Shown in pieces: positions 47,273 through 58,400 of a stretch of 64,000 nt of DNA (its first letter is position 1; each line of letters opens with the position of its first letter). Source of the stretch: Thainema sp. (GTDB lineage: Bacteria > Cyanobacteriota > Cyanobacteriia > Phormidesmidales > Phormidesmidaceae); assembly GCA_052168235.1 (NCBI GenBank), contig JBQLZK010000013.1:1-64000 (forward strand). Direction: 5' to 3'. Both the position numbers and the translations under genes were made by a program. Under the pieces are notes generated by a model that saw nothing but the letters and a program-made list of their open reading frames with translations, was not told the origin of the DNA and made no database searches.

Positions 47273-47490
47273 TCATCTTGTACTAAAAGCCCGGATAATT
47301 TTGCTGCCGCAACGCGGCAGTATTTGTTTAGCGCGACACTCTGCATAGATCCCCCTAAATCCCCCTTAAAAAGGGGGAACTTTGAGCCAGAGTTGGAATA
47401 GCCCCTTTTTTAAGGGGGCGGCGACAGCGGGGGATCATGCGGCTACGCTGAATAAGTACACGCGGCAGCAAAATTATCTCTTCGGGTTCT
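47273..47490. mobile_element. TCACATCTTGCAC-family hairpin interrupted by a nested ~140-bp MITE
   Basis: GATAATTTTGCTGCCGC-AAC-GCGGCAG is split by an insert at 47320-47459 flanked by duplicated ACGCGGCA(G). Confidence 0.75.
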
Positions 47491-47521
47491 GGAAACGCTC
47501 TAGGCAGACATCAGGATCACC

Positions 47522-50500
47522 ATGAAACGGATTGTCTTAATTACTGGATTTGAATCGTTTAATTCGGGGTTATATCGGCAAGCTGCCGAGATGGCGCAGC
47601 AGCGCAGCCCAGATTTGGAGATTCAGGTCTTTAGCGATCGCAACTTGACCAGCCATGCCGACCAGATTGGGACAGCGTTGGCACAGGCGGATGTGCTGTT
47701 CGCCAGTCTGCTGTTTGATTATGACCAGGTGATGTGGCTGCGGCAGCGGGCGGAGCGTATTCCCGTGCGGCTGGTGTTTGAGTCGGCTTTGGAACTGATG
47801 AGTTTGACCCAGTTGGGCAAGTTTTCGATTGGCGATCAGCCCAAAGGGATGCCGAAACCTGTCAAGTTTATTTTGAGTAAGTTCGGCAGCGGCAAGGAAG
47901 AAGATAAGCTGGCGGGCTATCTCAGCTTTTTAAAAGTTGGCCCCAAGCTTCTGAAGTATATTCCAGCCCGTAAGGTGCAGGATCTGCGCAACTGGCTGAT
48001 TATCTACGGCTACTGGAATGCAGGCGGCGTGGATAATGTGACCACCATGTTTGGCGTGATTGCCGAGCGGTATTTGGGCATTTCGGTTGGTGAACTGCCG
48101 CCGCCGATTGAAACGCCCAATATGGGGCTGCTGCATCCCGACTATGTAGGCTACTTTGAGTCGCCGCGCGCTTATCTGGATTGGTATCGGCAAACGGTGC
48201 TGCCAACGTTAGATCATTCACAGACAGTCGCTACTCGACCTGTGGTTGGGATACTGCTCTACCGCAAACATGTGATCACCAAGCAGCCCTACATTCCCCA
48301 GCTGATTCGCTACGTTGAGCAAGCGGGCTTGACGCCGCTGCCGATTTTTATTAATGGCGTGGAAGGACACGTGGCGGTGCGCGACTGGATGACCACGACC
48401 TATGAGCAAGAGCAGCGGCAGCAGGGCCATATGGCCATTCCGTCACTCTCAAAAGATGCGGTTCAAGTAGATGCGATCGCATCTACCATTGGTTTCCCAT
48501 TGGTCGGTGGCCCAGCCGGATCGATGGAGGCGGGGCGGCAGGTGGAAGTGGCAACCCGCATTCTCAGCGCCAAGAATATTCCGTATCTAATTGCGGCACC
48601 GCTGCTGATTCAGGATATTCACTCCTGGACGCGGCAGGGAATCGGCGGCTTGCAGAGCGTGGTGCTGTATGCTCTGCCGGAGCTGGATGGCGCGATTGAT
48701 ACGATTCCGCTGGGTGGACTGGTGGGCGACCAGATTTACCTGATCCCGGAGCGGGTGAAGCGGCTGACTGGACGACTGAAAAACTGGATTCAACTGCGGC
48801 AAACGCCGCCAGCCGAACGGAAAATTGCAATTTTGCTCTATGGTTTCCCACCGGGATACGGCGCGGTCGGCACAGCAGCGTTGCTGAATGTGCCCCAGTC
48901 GTTAATCAAGCTGCTCCAGGAACTGCGATCGCAGGGTTACGATCTGGGCAATCCAGACGACTGGCCGACCGATGGGGAAACGCTGATTCAGCAGGTGCAA
49001 TCTGCCGATGAAGCCTATGCCGGACAGATGCCCGTCGAGAGCTTTGAGGAAACTGCGATCGCAAAAGTGCCCGCCCACAAGCTGGAACATTGGTTGGGTT
49101 ACGTGCTCAGAACGCGGGTGGAGCGCCAGTGGAAATCGCTGACCGAAAGCGGCATTAAGACGATTGGCGACCAGCTTTTGCTGGGCGGGGTGCAGCTAGG
49201 CAATGTGTGGATTGGCGTGCAGCCACCGCTGGGCATTCTGGGCGACCCCATGCGGCTGATGTTTGAACGAGATATGACGCCGCATCCCCAGTATGTGGCG
49301 TTTTATCAATGGCTCCAGCGAGAGTTTCAGGCCGATGCGCTGATTCACTTTGGTATGCACGGCACGGTGGAGTGGCTGCCGGGTGCGCCGCTGGGCAACA
49401 CGGGCTACTCTTGGCCGGACATTCTGCTGGGCGACCTGCCAAATCTCTATATCTATGCCGCCAATAATCCCTCGGAGTCGATTTTGGCCAAGCGGCGCGG
49501 CTACGGCGTGATGATTTCCCACAACGTGCCCCCCTATGGTCGGGCAGGACTGTATAAGGATCTGGTGGCGCTGCGGGAGCTAATTCAGGAGTATCGCGAA
49601 GATCCTGCCAAGAATACGGTGCTGAAGGAAGGCATCATCAAGAAAATTGCCGATACCGGGCTGGAAAAAGACTGTCCCTTTGCGGCGGCGCGGCAGTTTG
49701 GCATTGAGGTGATTCCCGAAAACGCCAAGCTGTTTAGCCAAGATGTGTTCAGCGGCTATCTAACCAAGCTGTATGAGTACTTGCAGGTGCTGGAAACGCG
49801 GCTGTTCTCGTCAGGGTTACACGTACTTGGAAAAGTTCCGACGGCAGACGAACTCGCCAGCTACCTCTCGGCCTACTTTGGCGATCAGCTAGACGCTGCG
49901 CTCGTGAACGAAATCAGTCAGACTTGGAGCGATCCCGACCAGACCGTCGATATCCCAGCGCTAACAATGCGATTTCCGGCTCAGGCAGAGCCAATTCAAA
50001 CGGCGGTAGAAATCTGCGATCGCATTTCGCAAACGACCGATGAGTTAACCAATCTGCTGCGGGGACTCAACGGCGAGTACGTGCCCCCCGCGCCCGGTGG
50101 CGATCTGCTGCGGGACGGTGTGGGCGCATTGCCGACCGGACGCAATATCCATGCGCTTGATCCCTATCGGATGCCATCGCCTGCGGCCTATGAGCGGGGA
50201 CGTGCGATCGCGCGTCAAATCATCCAGCAGCACTTGGATGAGCAAGGTACGTATCCGGAAACAGTGGCCGTCATGCTCTGGGGTCTGGATGCGATTAAAA
50301 CGAAAGGCGAATCGCTGGGCATTTTGCTGGAGCTAGTCGGGGCAGAACCGATCAAAGAAGGGACGGGTCGCATCGTCCGCTACGAGTTGCAGCCGCTGGA
50401 TCAACTGGGTCGGCCTCGGATTGACGTGCTGGGCAACCTGTCGGGCATCTTCCGCGATAGCTTTGTCAATATTATTGAGCTACTGGACGATCTGTTCCGT

Positions 50501-51310
50501 CGCGCTGCCGAAGCCAATGAACCCATTGAGCAAAACTTTATTCGTAAACATGCCCTGGAACTAGAGGCCAAAGGCGTCGAAAACGCCTCGGCGCGGCTGT
50601 TCTCCAATCCCAACGGTGAGTTTGGTTCCCTCGTCAACGATCAGGTAACCTCATCCGGCTGGGAATCGAGCGAAGAGTTGGGCAATACCTGGCGCGATCG
50701 CAACTCCTTCAGCTATGGTCGCCAAGACCGGGGACAGGCCCGACCAGAAATCCTGGAATCGCTGCTGCAATCCACCGACCGGATTGTGCAGGAAATCGAC
50801 TCGGTGGAGTATGGTCTGACCGATATCCAGGAATATTACGCCAACACAGGAGCACTGAAGCAGGCGGCGGAAACCCGCCAAGGTCGCAAGGTGACGGCTA
50901 GCTTTGTCGAGAGTTTTTCTAACGACACCACACCGCGCAAGCTGGAGTCGCTGTTGCGGATGGAATATCGCACCAAGTTACTCAACCCTAAATGGGCTGA
51001 GGCGATGGCGGCGCAGGGTTCCGGCGGCGCTTACGAAATCTCGCAGCGGATGACGGCGCTGCTGGGTTGGAGCGGCACGGTCAACTTCCAGGACAACTGG
51101 GTTTACGACCAGGCGGCAGACACCTACGCTCTGGATGCAGAAATGGCTGAACGACTCCGAAAAGCCAATCCAGAAGCGTTCCGCAATATTGTGGCGCGAA
51201 TGCTGGAAGCCCACGGGCGCGGTTTCTGGCAACCCAGCGACGATCGGCTGGAAAAACTGCGGGAGATGTATGAGCTGACCGATGAGGAACTAGAGGGTGT
51301 AACCGTTTAG
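47522..51310 (+). CDS. chlH: Magnesium chelatase subunit H (ChlH/BchH/CobN family)
   Basis: TIGFPLVGGPAG, LPELDG, HFGMHGTVEWLPG, LPTGRNIH, EYRTKLLNPKW. Confidence 0.88.
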   Translation: MKRIVLITGFESFNSGLYRQAAEMAQQRSPDLEIQVFSDRNLTSHADQIGTALAQADVLFASLLFDYDQVMWLRQRAERIPVRLVFESALELMSLTQLGKFSIGDQPKGMPKPVKFILSKFGSGKEEDKLAGYLSFLKVGPKLLKYIPARKVQDLRNWLIIYGYWNAGGVDNVTTMFGVIAERYLGISVGELPPPIETPNMGLLHPDYVGYFESPRAYLDWYRQTVLPTLDHSQTVATRPVVGILLYRKHVITKQPYIPQLIRYVEQAGLTPLPIFINGVEGHVAVRDWMTTTYEQEQRQQGHMAIPSLSKDAVQVDAIASTIGFPLVGGPAGSMEAGRQVEVATRILSAKNIPYLIAAPLLIQDIHSWTRQGIGGLQSVVLYALPELDGAIDTIPLGGLVGDQIYLIPERVKRLTGRLKNWIQLRQTPPAERKIAILLYGFPPGYGAVGTAALLNVPQSLIKLLQELRSQGYDLGNPDDWPTDGETLIQQVQSADEAYAGQMPVESFEETAIAKVPAHKLEHWLGYVLRTRVERQWKSLTESGIKTIGDQLLLGGVQLGNVWIGVQPPLGILGDPMRLMFERDMTPHPQYVAFYQWLQREFQADALIHFGMHGTVEWLPGAPLGNTGYSWPDILLGDLPNLYIYAANNPSESILAKRRGYGVMISHNVPPYGRAGLYKDLVALRELIQEYREDPAKNTVLKEGIIKKIADTGLEKDCPFAAARQFGIEVIPENAKLFSQDVFSGYLTKLYEYLQVLETRLFSSGLHVLGKVPTADELASYLSAYFGDQLDAALVNEISQTWSDPDQTVDIPALTMRFPAQAEPIQTAVEICDRISQTTDELTNLLRGLNGEYVPPAPGGDLLRDGVGALPTGRNIHALDPYRMPSPAAYERGRAIARQIIQQHLDEQGTYPETVAVMLWGLDAIKTKGESLGILLELVGAEPIKEGTGRIVRYELQPLDQLGRPRIDVLGNLSGIFRDSFVNIIELLDDLFRRAAEANEPIEQNFIRKHALELEAKGVENASARLFSNPNGEFGSLVNDQVTSSGWESSEELGNTWRDRNSFSYGRQDRGQARPEILESLLQSTDRIVQEIDSVEYGLTDIQEYYANTGALKQAAETRQGRKVTASFVESFSNDTTPRKLESLLRMEYRTKLLNPKWAEAMAAQGSGGAYEISQRMTALLGWSGTVNFQDNWVYDQAADTYALDAEMAERLRKANPEAFRNIVARMLEAHGRGFWQPSDDRLEKLREMYELTDEELEGVTV

Positions 51311-53973
51311 CTGGATGGAACCTGCTGATGTAACGGAATGGTAATGATAAACTCGGTGCCTTGGTTGGGTTGTGAGCGACAGGTCAACGTCCCGCCGTGC
51401 TTTTCAGTAATGATCTGAAAGCTAATGGACAGCCCCATACCCGTTCCCTTGCCGATCGGCTTGGTGGTGAAAAACGGATTAAAGATCTGCTGTTTAACCT
51501 CGTCTGGAATGCCAGCCCCATTGTCGCAAATCCGGATAGTGGCTTGGTTAGTAGCTGTCACCTCTGTATAGATATCAATAGCAGCGGCAAAATCAGGTTG
51601 CTGCTGCATGACATCATCCAGTGCGTCAATAGCGTTGCTGATCAGATTCATAAATACCTGATTGAGCTGTCCGGCATAGCATTCCACTAAGGGCAAATCA
51701 CCATAATGACGATTAACTTGGATGGCGCAGCGCTCCGGTTTAGCCTTCGTCCGGTTTTGCAAAATCATCAGCGTACTGTCGATACCCCCATGAATATCAA
51801 CCGCTTTCATTTCGGCCTCATCCATGCGGGAAAACGTGCGGAGAGAAGTGACAATCTGCTGAATTCGGTCGGCACCCACTTTCATCGAGCTCAACAGCTT
51901 CGGTAGATCAACTTTCAAAAAGTCCAGATCAATCGCACTGATTTCATCTTCGATTTCTGGCAGCGGCGATGGATAGCACTGTTGATACAGGTCAATGAGT
52001 CCAACGAGGTCTTGGATGTATTCTTTGGCGTGGGTCAGATTGCCATAGATAAAGTTAACTGGATTGTTGATTTCATGGGCCACACCTGCGACCAGCTGGC
52101 CTAAACTCGACATTTTTTCGCTCTGTACCATCTGCGCATGAGTCCGCTGAAGTTCTGCCAGAGCCTGTTGCAGGCATTCCGTTTGCTGGCGGAATCGCTG
52201 TTCGGACTGTTGCAAAGCCGCCCGTGCCCATTTGCGATCGCGACTTTCAATTGCCAGAGCCACCAAATCAGAGATCGAGCGAACAAAGGCTTCATCCTCA
52301 GGTTCCCAGTGACGAGAGGAGCCAACATGCTCAATGCACAGCACCCCAACCACTTCGCCGCCAACTCGAATTGGGCTGTCTATCATGGCAGTGATGCCCA
52401 GCGGTTTGAGGTAGCAGTCCACAAATTCACTCAGCCGGGGATCAACTAACGTATTCTGCGCGACCAGAATCCGCTCTTGCCGCAGGGCATCAAAATAGCT
52501 GGGAAAATCCGCCACGTTCAATGCATCCTCTTGGCTGTGGCAGTTACTGGATTGCTGATAGAGATCAACACACAGCAGCGTTTGGGGCTGGTGCGGCTGA
52601 TCGTAGAGCCAAAGGCTGACTCGTTCTGTTCTCAATGTACCTGCTGCTGCTGCCGTAATCGCTTGCACTGCGTTTTCCCAATCGCCTTCTGACAGCGCGC
52701 GCTGGTGGGTCAACAGGTGCAAAATCGCGTTATGCTTACGCAGCTTAGCGGCCCGTTGATGGATAATGGCTTCTACTCGTTTTCGTTCGGTAATGTCTGA
52801 CGTAGTGCCCACCAGGCGGATGATCCGTCCGTCTTCATCTCGGAGTGGGTTGAGAGTGGTAAACCACCAAGTGTCCTGACCCTGCAATCGACGGCATTCT
52901 TCATAGGTAACGACCTCCCCCGCCGCAACGCACCTAGCATAGTTGCGATGAACGTGACGGCCTTCCGCTTCTCCAAACACGTCAATCGGTGATTTGCCTG
53001 CAATCTCGCGACTGGTTAATCCCGTTACCCGCTCAGTGGCCGGATTCCAGCCCACTATCCGGAACTGCTCAGCAGCCAAAACCTCCACGACAAAAATCAG
53101 ATGCTCGGAACCATCATAGACACTGCGCAAGAATTGCTCCTGTTCCCGCAGCTTCCGTTCAGCCTCTTTTTGATTCGTGATATTGCGGGAAATGCCGACC
53201 GTCTGAATCACAGCTCCCGACTGATCAAAAATGGGCGATTTGATCGTGCTGAATGTATGTTCCTCACCGTCATGGCGAATAATTGGTTCTTCAACTAAAA
53301 GCGATTGGCCTGTGCGGAACACGTATCTATCGTCTTTGACGTACTGCTGCGTATAGTTCGACTTGGGATGCGGCGCACCAATCCGTCCCTCTAGGTCAGC
53401 GGAGGTGATGCCATAGTAATCGCAAAATGCCTTATTGCCGTACAGAACGCGCGAACCAGCTCCCTTGCAGAGAATCATATCTGGAATCGCATCGAGAATT
53501 TGTCGATAGAGCTGCACAGATTCCAGCAGATGAGCATTCTGGGTCAATAAATCCGGTGATGGTGAAACACGCGCCGTGGATGTGGCTGGGGGAGATGCGA
53601 TCGCACAGGCATATTCCATTCCTGCACCCGTTATATAGGTCAATCGCACCTCAACCGCCAAGCGCTGTTTTGTCTGGGTTTGATACTCCAGGTTTAGGAT
53701 GCAGTTTTTCTGTAGCAAGTCTTGCCAGTAAGCTGACCACTGGCCTGCCGAGACATCAGGTGCAATATCAAAGATGTGAAACTGGAGGAGTTCAGCATAG
53801 TCATAACCCAGTTGCTGACATGCGGCCTCATTGACGTAAAAAATTCTGGCATCTGGCTGAATCAACAGCACGATATCTGGCAATTGATTTAGAGCAAATG
53901 CGCTCAACTGCATCGTCTGATGCGGTGAAAATTGACTAGGTGAGAGTTGACGATTTCCGGGTTGGCACTGCAT
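51307..53973 (-). CDS. PAS-PAS-PAS-GAF sensor histidine kinase
   Basis: Three PAS domains, GAF, H-box GVAHEINNP, N/G boxes QVFMNLISNAIDA, DNGAG, GTGMGLS. Confidence 0.92.
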   Translation of the reverse strand: MQCQPGNRQLSPSQFSPHQTMQLSAFALNQLPDIVLLIQPDARIFYVNEAACQQLGYDYAELLQFHIFDIAPDVSAGQWSAYWQDLLQKNCILNLEYQTQTKQRLAVEVRLTYITGAGMEYACAIASPPATSTARVSPSPDLLTQNAHLLESVQLYRQILDAIPDMILCKGAGSRVLYGNKAFCDYYGITSADLEGRIGAPHPKSNYTQQYVKDDRYVFRTGQSLLVEEPIIRHDGEEHTFSTIKSPIFDQSGAVIQTVGISRNITNQKEAERKLREQEQFLRSVYDGSEHLIFVVEVLAAEQFRIVGWNPATERVTGLTSREIAGKSPIDVFGEAEGRHVHRNYARCVAAGEVVTYEECRRLQGQDTWWFTTLNPLRDEDGRIIRLVGTTSDITERKRVEAIIHQRAAKLRKHNAILHLLTHQRALSEGDWENAVQAITAAAAGTLRTERVSLWLYDQPHQPQTLLCVDLYQQSSNCHSQEDALNVADFPSYFDALRQERILVAQNTLVDPRLSEFVDCYLKPLGITAMIDSPIRVGGEVVGVLCIEHVGSSRHWEPEDEAFVRSISDLVALAIESRDRKWARAALQQSEQRFRQQTECLQQALAELQRTHAQMVQSEKMSSLGQLVAGVAHEINNPVNFIYGNLTHAKEYIQDLVGLIDLYQQCYPSPLPEIEDEISAIDLDFLKVDLPKLLSSMKVGADRIQQIVTSLRTFSRMDEAEMKAVDIHGGIDSTLMILQNRTKAKPERCAIQVNRHYGDLPLVECYAGQLNQVFMNLISNAIDALDDVMQQQPDFAAAIDIYTEVTATNQATIRICDNGAGIPDEVKQQIFNPFFTTKPIGKGTGMGLSISFQIITEKHGGTLTCRSQPNQGTEFIITIPLHQQVPSS

Positions 53974-54284
53974 AAAATCGGCTCCTAGGGCACGGTCTGC
54001 TGAGTGGCAGAATTAGAGAACTGATCATGTCGAATCTTTGAAAAATTGGGATTAAAACAGATAGTAAAAATTTGAGCAGCTCAATGTGCCCCATTAGGAC
54101 GTAATAGCAAGCTGCGAAAAGATGAATTGCAACGAAATATGAACAAGCTATTAAAACGTTACATTTTAATCGTGCAGTTTTGGGGGAGTAGATTTCGCTA
54201 TTTGTGACTAATAAGCCGGAAAAATCTCCGTATTTTTTCTGAAATTTGAGCTAAGTTTTGGGGGATCGGGGGTTGAGAGTGGGG

Positions 54285-54690
54285 CGTTGGGTTTTAGGTG
54301 CTAGGTGTTTGGGTTTTAGGTGATGGGTGTTGAGTATTGGGTTTTGATGGGTGTTGGGTGATGGGTGTTGGATTTTAGGTGCTAGGTATTTGGATATCAG
54401 GTTTTAGGTGCTAAGGAGCGTGGATTCAATAAGGTGCAATCTTTGGGGTAGGGACACGGCAATGCCGTGTCCCTACGGATGGAACGATTTACAGTCTATT
54501 TAATTCGCAGTCCTAAGTATTTGGATATTAGGTTTTAGGTGATGGGTTTTGGGTTTTAGGTGTTGGGTTAGATTGGTGCTTCATCTTTCATATTTACTGT
54601 TGCCGCTACGTTCTAATTAATAGATCCGGCATTCAGGTTCTCAAACTCAATACCTAAAACCCAATACCTATTAACCGACACCCAGTACCT
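54285..54690. repeat. Low-complexity short tandem repeat tract (GGTTTTAGGTG / GGGTGTT) with a complementary tract downstream
   Basis: Many imperfect units in 54285-54570; complementary ACCTAAAACCC-type units at 54645-54690. Confidence 0.65.
54411..54517. mobile_element. MITE-like element with central REP palindrome (copy 2)
   Basis: GTAGGGACACGGC-AAT-GCCGTGTCCCTAC core; CTAAG at both ends; homologous to 10202-10309. Confidence 0.7.
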
Positions 54691-55045
54691 ATTACTTATT
54701 CTTGAACAGACATTTTTCCGTAGAAACACGTAAGCTGTAACGCTGAACGTTATCAGGCCATCTGCCTGAGATTTGCACATTTATTCAGTAAGGTTACGAG
54801 TAGGCTCTAATAGCCCTAAATGTAAATAAATATTACAAATAAATTGCAATAATAAATTACAAGCTGATCGCATCCTTTAAATTGCAAATTTTTAGGATGC
54901 GGGTTTAGCCACTTAGGTGCTAATGCTTGGATACATACTGAAATTACTGAAATACCACGGCTAGGGAAATCTGGGAATTTTTTATCGGATTTTGAGTCGA
55001 GTTTGACTGCCTTCGATTAATTCCATCCCACATATATGGAGTATT

Positions 55046-55471
55046 ATGACTTTCTCTACCTCCACATCTACACAGCCGACGCCACAAGCTTTGCAACAGT
55101 TAAGGGCTTTACTCGCTCTGTCTGCCCCCACAACCGCTTTAACTTATATCGAGCCCAATGTTTGTCCCCGTACGCCTTTACTCAAGGAAGAACGGGCGGA
55201 CACGTTTCGCTATTGGCAAGATGGGCGACTTCACACAGGGTTAACTTTTTCAGGGGACTTGTTTTACGCAGTGGTGGAGTTTGATTTACATAGCTATTTA
55301 GAAGGCATTAGAGTTGCTGATGATCTGCGTAACAGCGGTATTCTCAGCGTCATTACGGCTTCAGACCAAACGCTAACGGTCTGGGTCAGTATGCGATCGC
55401 AAGCTGTTTTAAGCGATCGCAATGCCGATGAGCCACCTGCCGAGCAAAACCATGAGAGTTCTGTTGATTGA
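55046..55471 (+). CDS. Hypothetical protein, overlapping the downstream regulator
   Basis: 141-aa ORF with F.YW..G and VWVSMRS patterns resembling small cyanobacterial proteins (from recall). Confidence 0.6.
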   Translation: MTFSTSTSTQPTPQALQQLRALLALSAPTTALTYIEPNVCPRTPLLKEERADTFRYWQDGRLHTGLTFSGDLFYAVVEFDLHSYLEGIRVADDLRNSGILSVITASDQTLTVWVSMRSQAVLSDRNADEPPAEQNHESSVD

Positions 55472-58400
55472 AGATGATGCCACGACGCGGAATGCTATTA
55501 AGGAATTCTTACACGCCCATAACTTCATCGTGGATGTGGCCGAGGACGGATCGATAGGCCGGGAGATGGCCAAACGACTGGATTACGATTTGATTCTGCT
55601 AGATATCGTGCTCCCTGGGCTGAGTGGTATTACGCTCTGTCGCCAACTGCGGCAGCAGCAGCAAACGGTACCAATTATCTTTCTTACGTCACGCAACACG
55701 CTCTCGGACAAGCTAGAAGGATTAAACGCTGGCGCAGATGATTATGTTGTGAAGTCATCAGATCCCCAGGAATTGCTGGCTCGAATTCAAGTGTTGTTGC
55801 GACGTGGTTCTGCCGCAGAATTTGTTTTGCGCTGGGGTCAACTGTCGCTAGATCCCAAAACACGCACCGTGACCTATGATCAGCAGCCGATTTCTCTCAG
55901 CCGCAAAGAGTTCCAAATTCTAGAACTGTTGATGCGCCGCCCGAACTGGGTGCTGAGCCGACAGACCATCATTGATCAGGTTTGGGGAGTGGGCGAAGAT
56001 CCGCCGACGGAAAGTACGGTCAAGTCACACATCAAAGCGATTCGGCGCAAGTTAAAAGCGCTGACGACAGCAAACGTGATTGAAACCGTGTACGGGCAAG
56101 GCTATCGGCTTGATTCTACGGTGGCGCAATCAGCCAACTCTTTATCCGCCAATTTATCAAATGGGCAACGGGCAGAACCTGCGATCGCAGATTATTCTGC
56201 ACCATTGGGATCTAACGCAGAGGACAACGGACAACAATCCGAACAGCGATCCCGACCATCATCTCAGCAGCAGCAATCTGATGATCTATCGGATCCGTCC
56301 GAGGGTCACACTCAACAGCAGATTTCGGCTCATCATGCTCAATCAAACGCTCAATCCGTTGATTCATCATCTGATGGTCAAGTAAACCGCGACTTTGTTT
56401 CTCAATCCGGCAAACCTGCATTAAATGCAGCAAAGCGGCGGCGATTACAAGCAAATCTCCAGCAGCTTTGGCATCAGGCAAAGCAAACCGCACGGCAGCG
56501 ACTGAACACGATCGAGCAGTTGTTGTCTTTTCTACAGTCAGGTTTGCCGGATAGCGGGCTGCTTGACCAAATTATGTATATTGCTCACAAACTAGCGGGA
56601 TCGCTCGGTACGTTTGGGCAGATAGAAGCGTCCCAAGCGGCCTATCAGTTGGAGCGCCTGATGCAGTCGGCATTGAATACGGCCTGCCAAGGTGATCTGG
56701 CTCCAGAAAATTCGGCTCAAAATGGTTTGCCCTCAAGCCATTCAGCTCAAAATGGTTCTACTTTACATAGCTCAACTGCAAATGGTTCCACGCCGAATCG
56801 TTCTATTTCGAATGGTTCCACGTCGAAGGGCTCAGCGCTAAACGGTTCCAGTTTCAGTCATGCAACGCTGAATGCTTTAGCTCAGGATTCTTCAGCTCAG
56901 GATTCTTCAGCTCAGGATGCTTCAGCTCAGGATGCTTTAGCTCAGGATGATCCAGCCCAAGATACTCTTCAGATTGACGCTGACCTGATCACAACGGCAC
57001 GTCAGCTCATCCAGTCAATTCGAGACTGTTTAGAAACTCAATCGACACCATTGGATGGGGTGGTGCAATCTTCGCCACCATGGCCTTATCATCCACCGCA
57101 GATCCCCAACCTGCTGATTATTGATGCCGATCAGGAGCTGGTGCAGTCGATTCTAGCCGCTGCTCCAGCCTGGTCTATACAAGCTGCGATCGCAACGGAT
57201 TTAACTACGGCCCAAGCCGACATTGCCAAGCATGAACCCGACATTATTCTGCTCGATCTGCATTGGCAGCAAGGAAAACTGAGCGGTTTGCAGCTGTTGC
57301 GCAAGCTGTATGCTCAATCCCTGTCCATTCCTGTGGTGGTCTACTCTAGTAGCCTCAGTAAGTCCGAACGGTTGCAGGCGATCCAACTGGGGGCAGTGGG
57401 CTTTGTGCCGCGACCTGCCGTCCCCGAAAAGGTGCTGTCCATCGTGCGGCAGCATTTGCCTTGCCCAGAACCCATGTTCCACGTGTTGGCTGTGGATGAT
57501 GACGAGCACCAGCTCACAACATTGCGAACCTATATGGAAAATGAGGGACTGCAGTTTACTGGACTAGGCCAGCCGGAGCGACTGCTGGAAACGCTCCAGG
57601 CCAGCCAGCCTGATTTAGTTCTGCTCGATATTTTGATGCCTCGCATTAGTGGCATTGAACTCTGCCAGATTTTACGCAGCGATGCAGAATATCAAACGCT
57701 GCCCGTGGTTATGCTGACTCATTATGATGATTTGAGTACTCGTCAGCGTGCCTTTTGGGTGGGAGCTGATGCGGTGTTATCCAAGCATGATCCGCTCTCA
57801 GCTAATCTCGGTCAGATCCAAGCACAGCTCAATCGCGATCGCAGATGTGCCCAAACCCGCATGGTTGATCCGCTGACTGGACTGGTCAATCGGTGTGGTG
57901 CAACCCGTGCCTTGCAGCAGCTCATTGCGATCGCGCGTCAGTTCGAGCAGCCGTTGAGTTTGGGCGTGATCAATCTAGACAACTTTCAGCGGTTTAATGC
58001 TGAATATGGTCGAGCAGCCGGGGATCAACTGCTGCGCCGATTCACCACTTTTTTGCAGCAGCATTGTCCGCCTGCCGATGTGATCGCTCGCTGGCGGGCC
58101 GAAGAATTTGTCATTTCCATGATTGGATTAGAACGAGCCGACGCCGTCGAACGGCTGGCTCAACTACTTGAGCTGTGGCGGTCACAGCCGCCCATGAGCA
58201 GCTTCAGCGCTGGTGTAGCGACCTTTCCGGTTGATGGACATAATCTGGAGTTTTTGTATCGCGTGGCCGAGGCCGCGCTGTATCAGGCCAAACTGACCGG
58301 GCGCGATCGCATTTTACCGGCCAGTTGGCAAATGCCAGATGCCTCTGATCCCCAGCTTGATGTAGTCATCGTTGGTCCCGATACAACCTGGCTGCGTAGT

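Noticed and set aside
47163..47276. 37-aa hydrophobic minus-strand ORF (MKIRIAFSLIVAL...)
   Set aside because: Its start codon lies in the end of a repeat element, and there is no other support.
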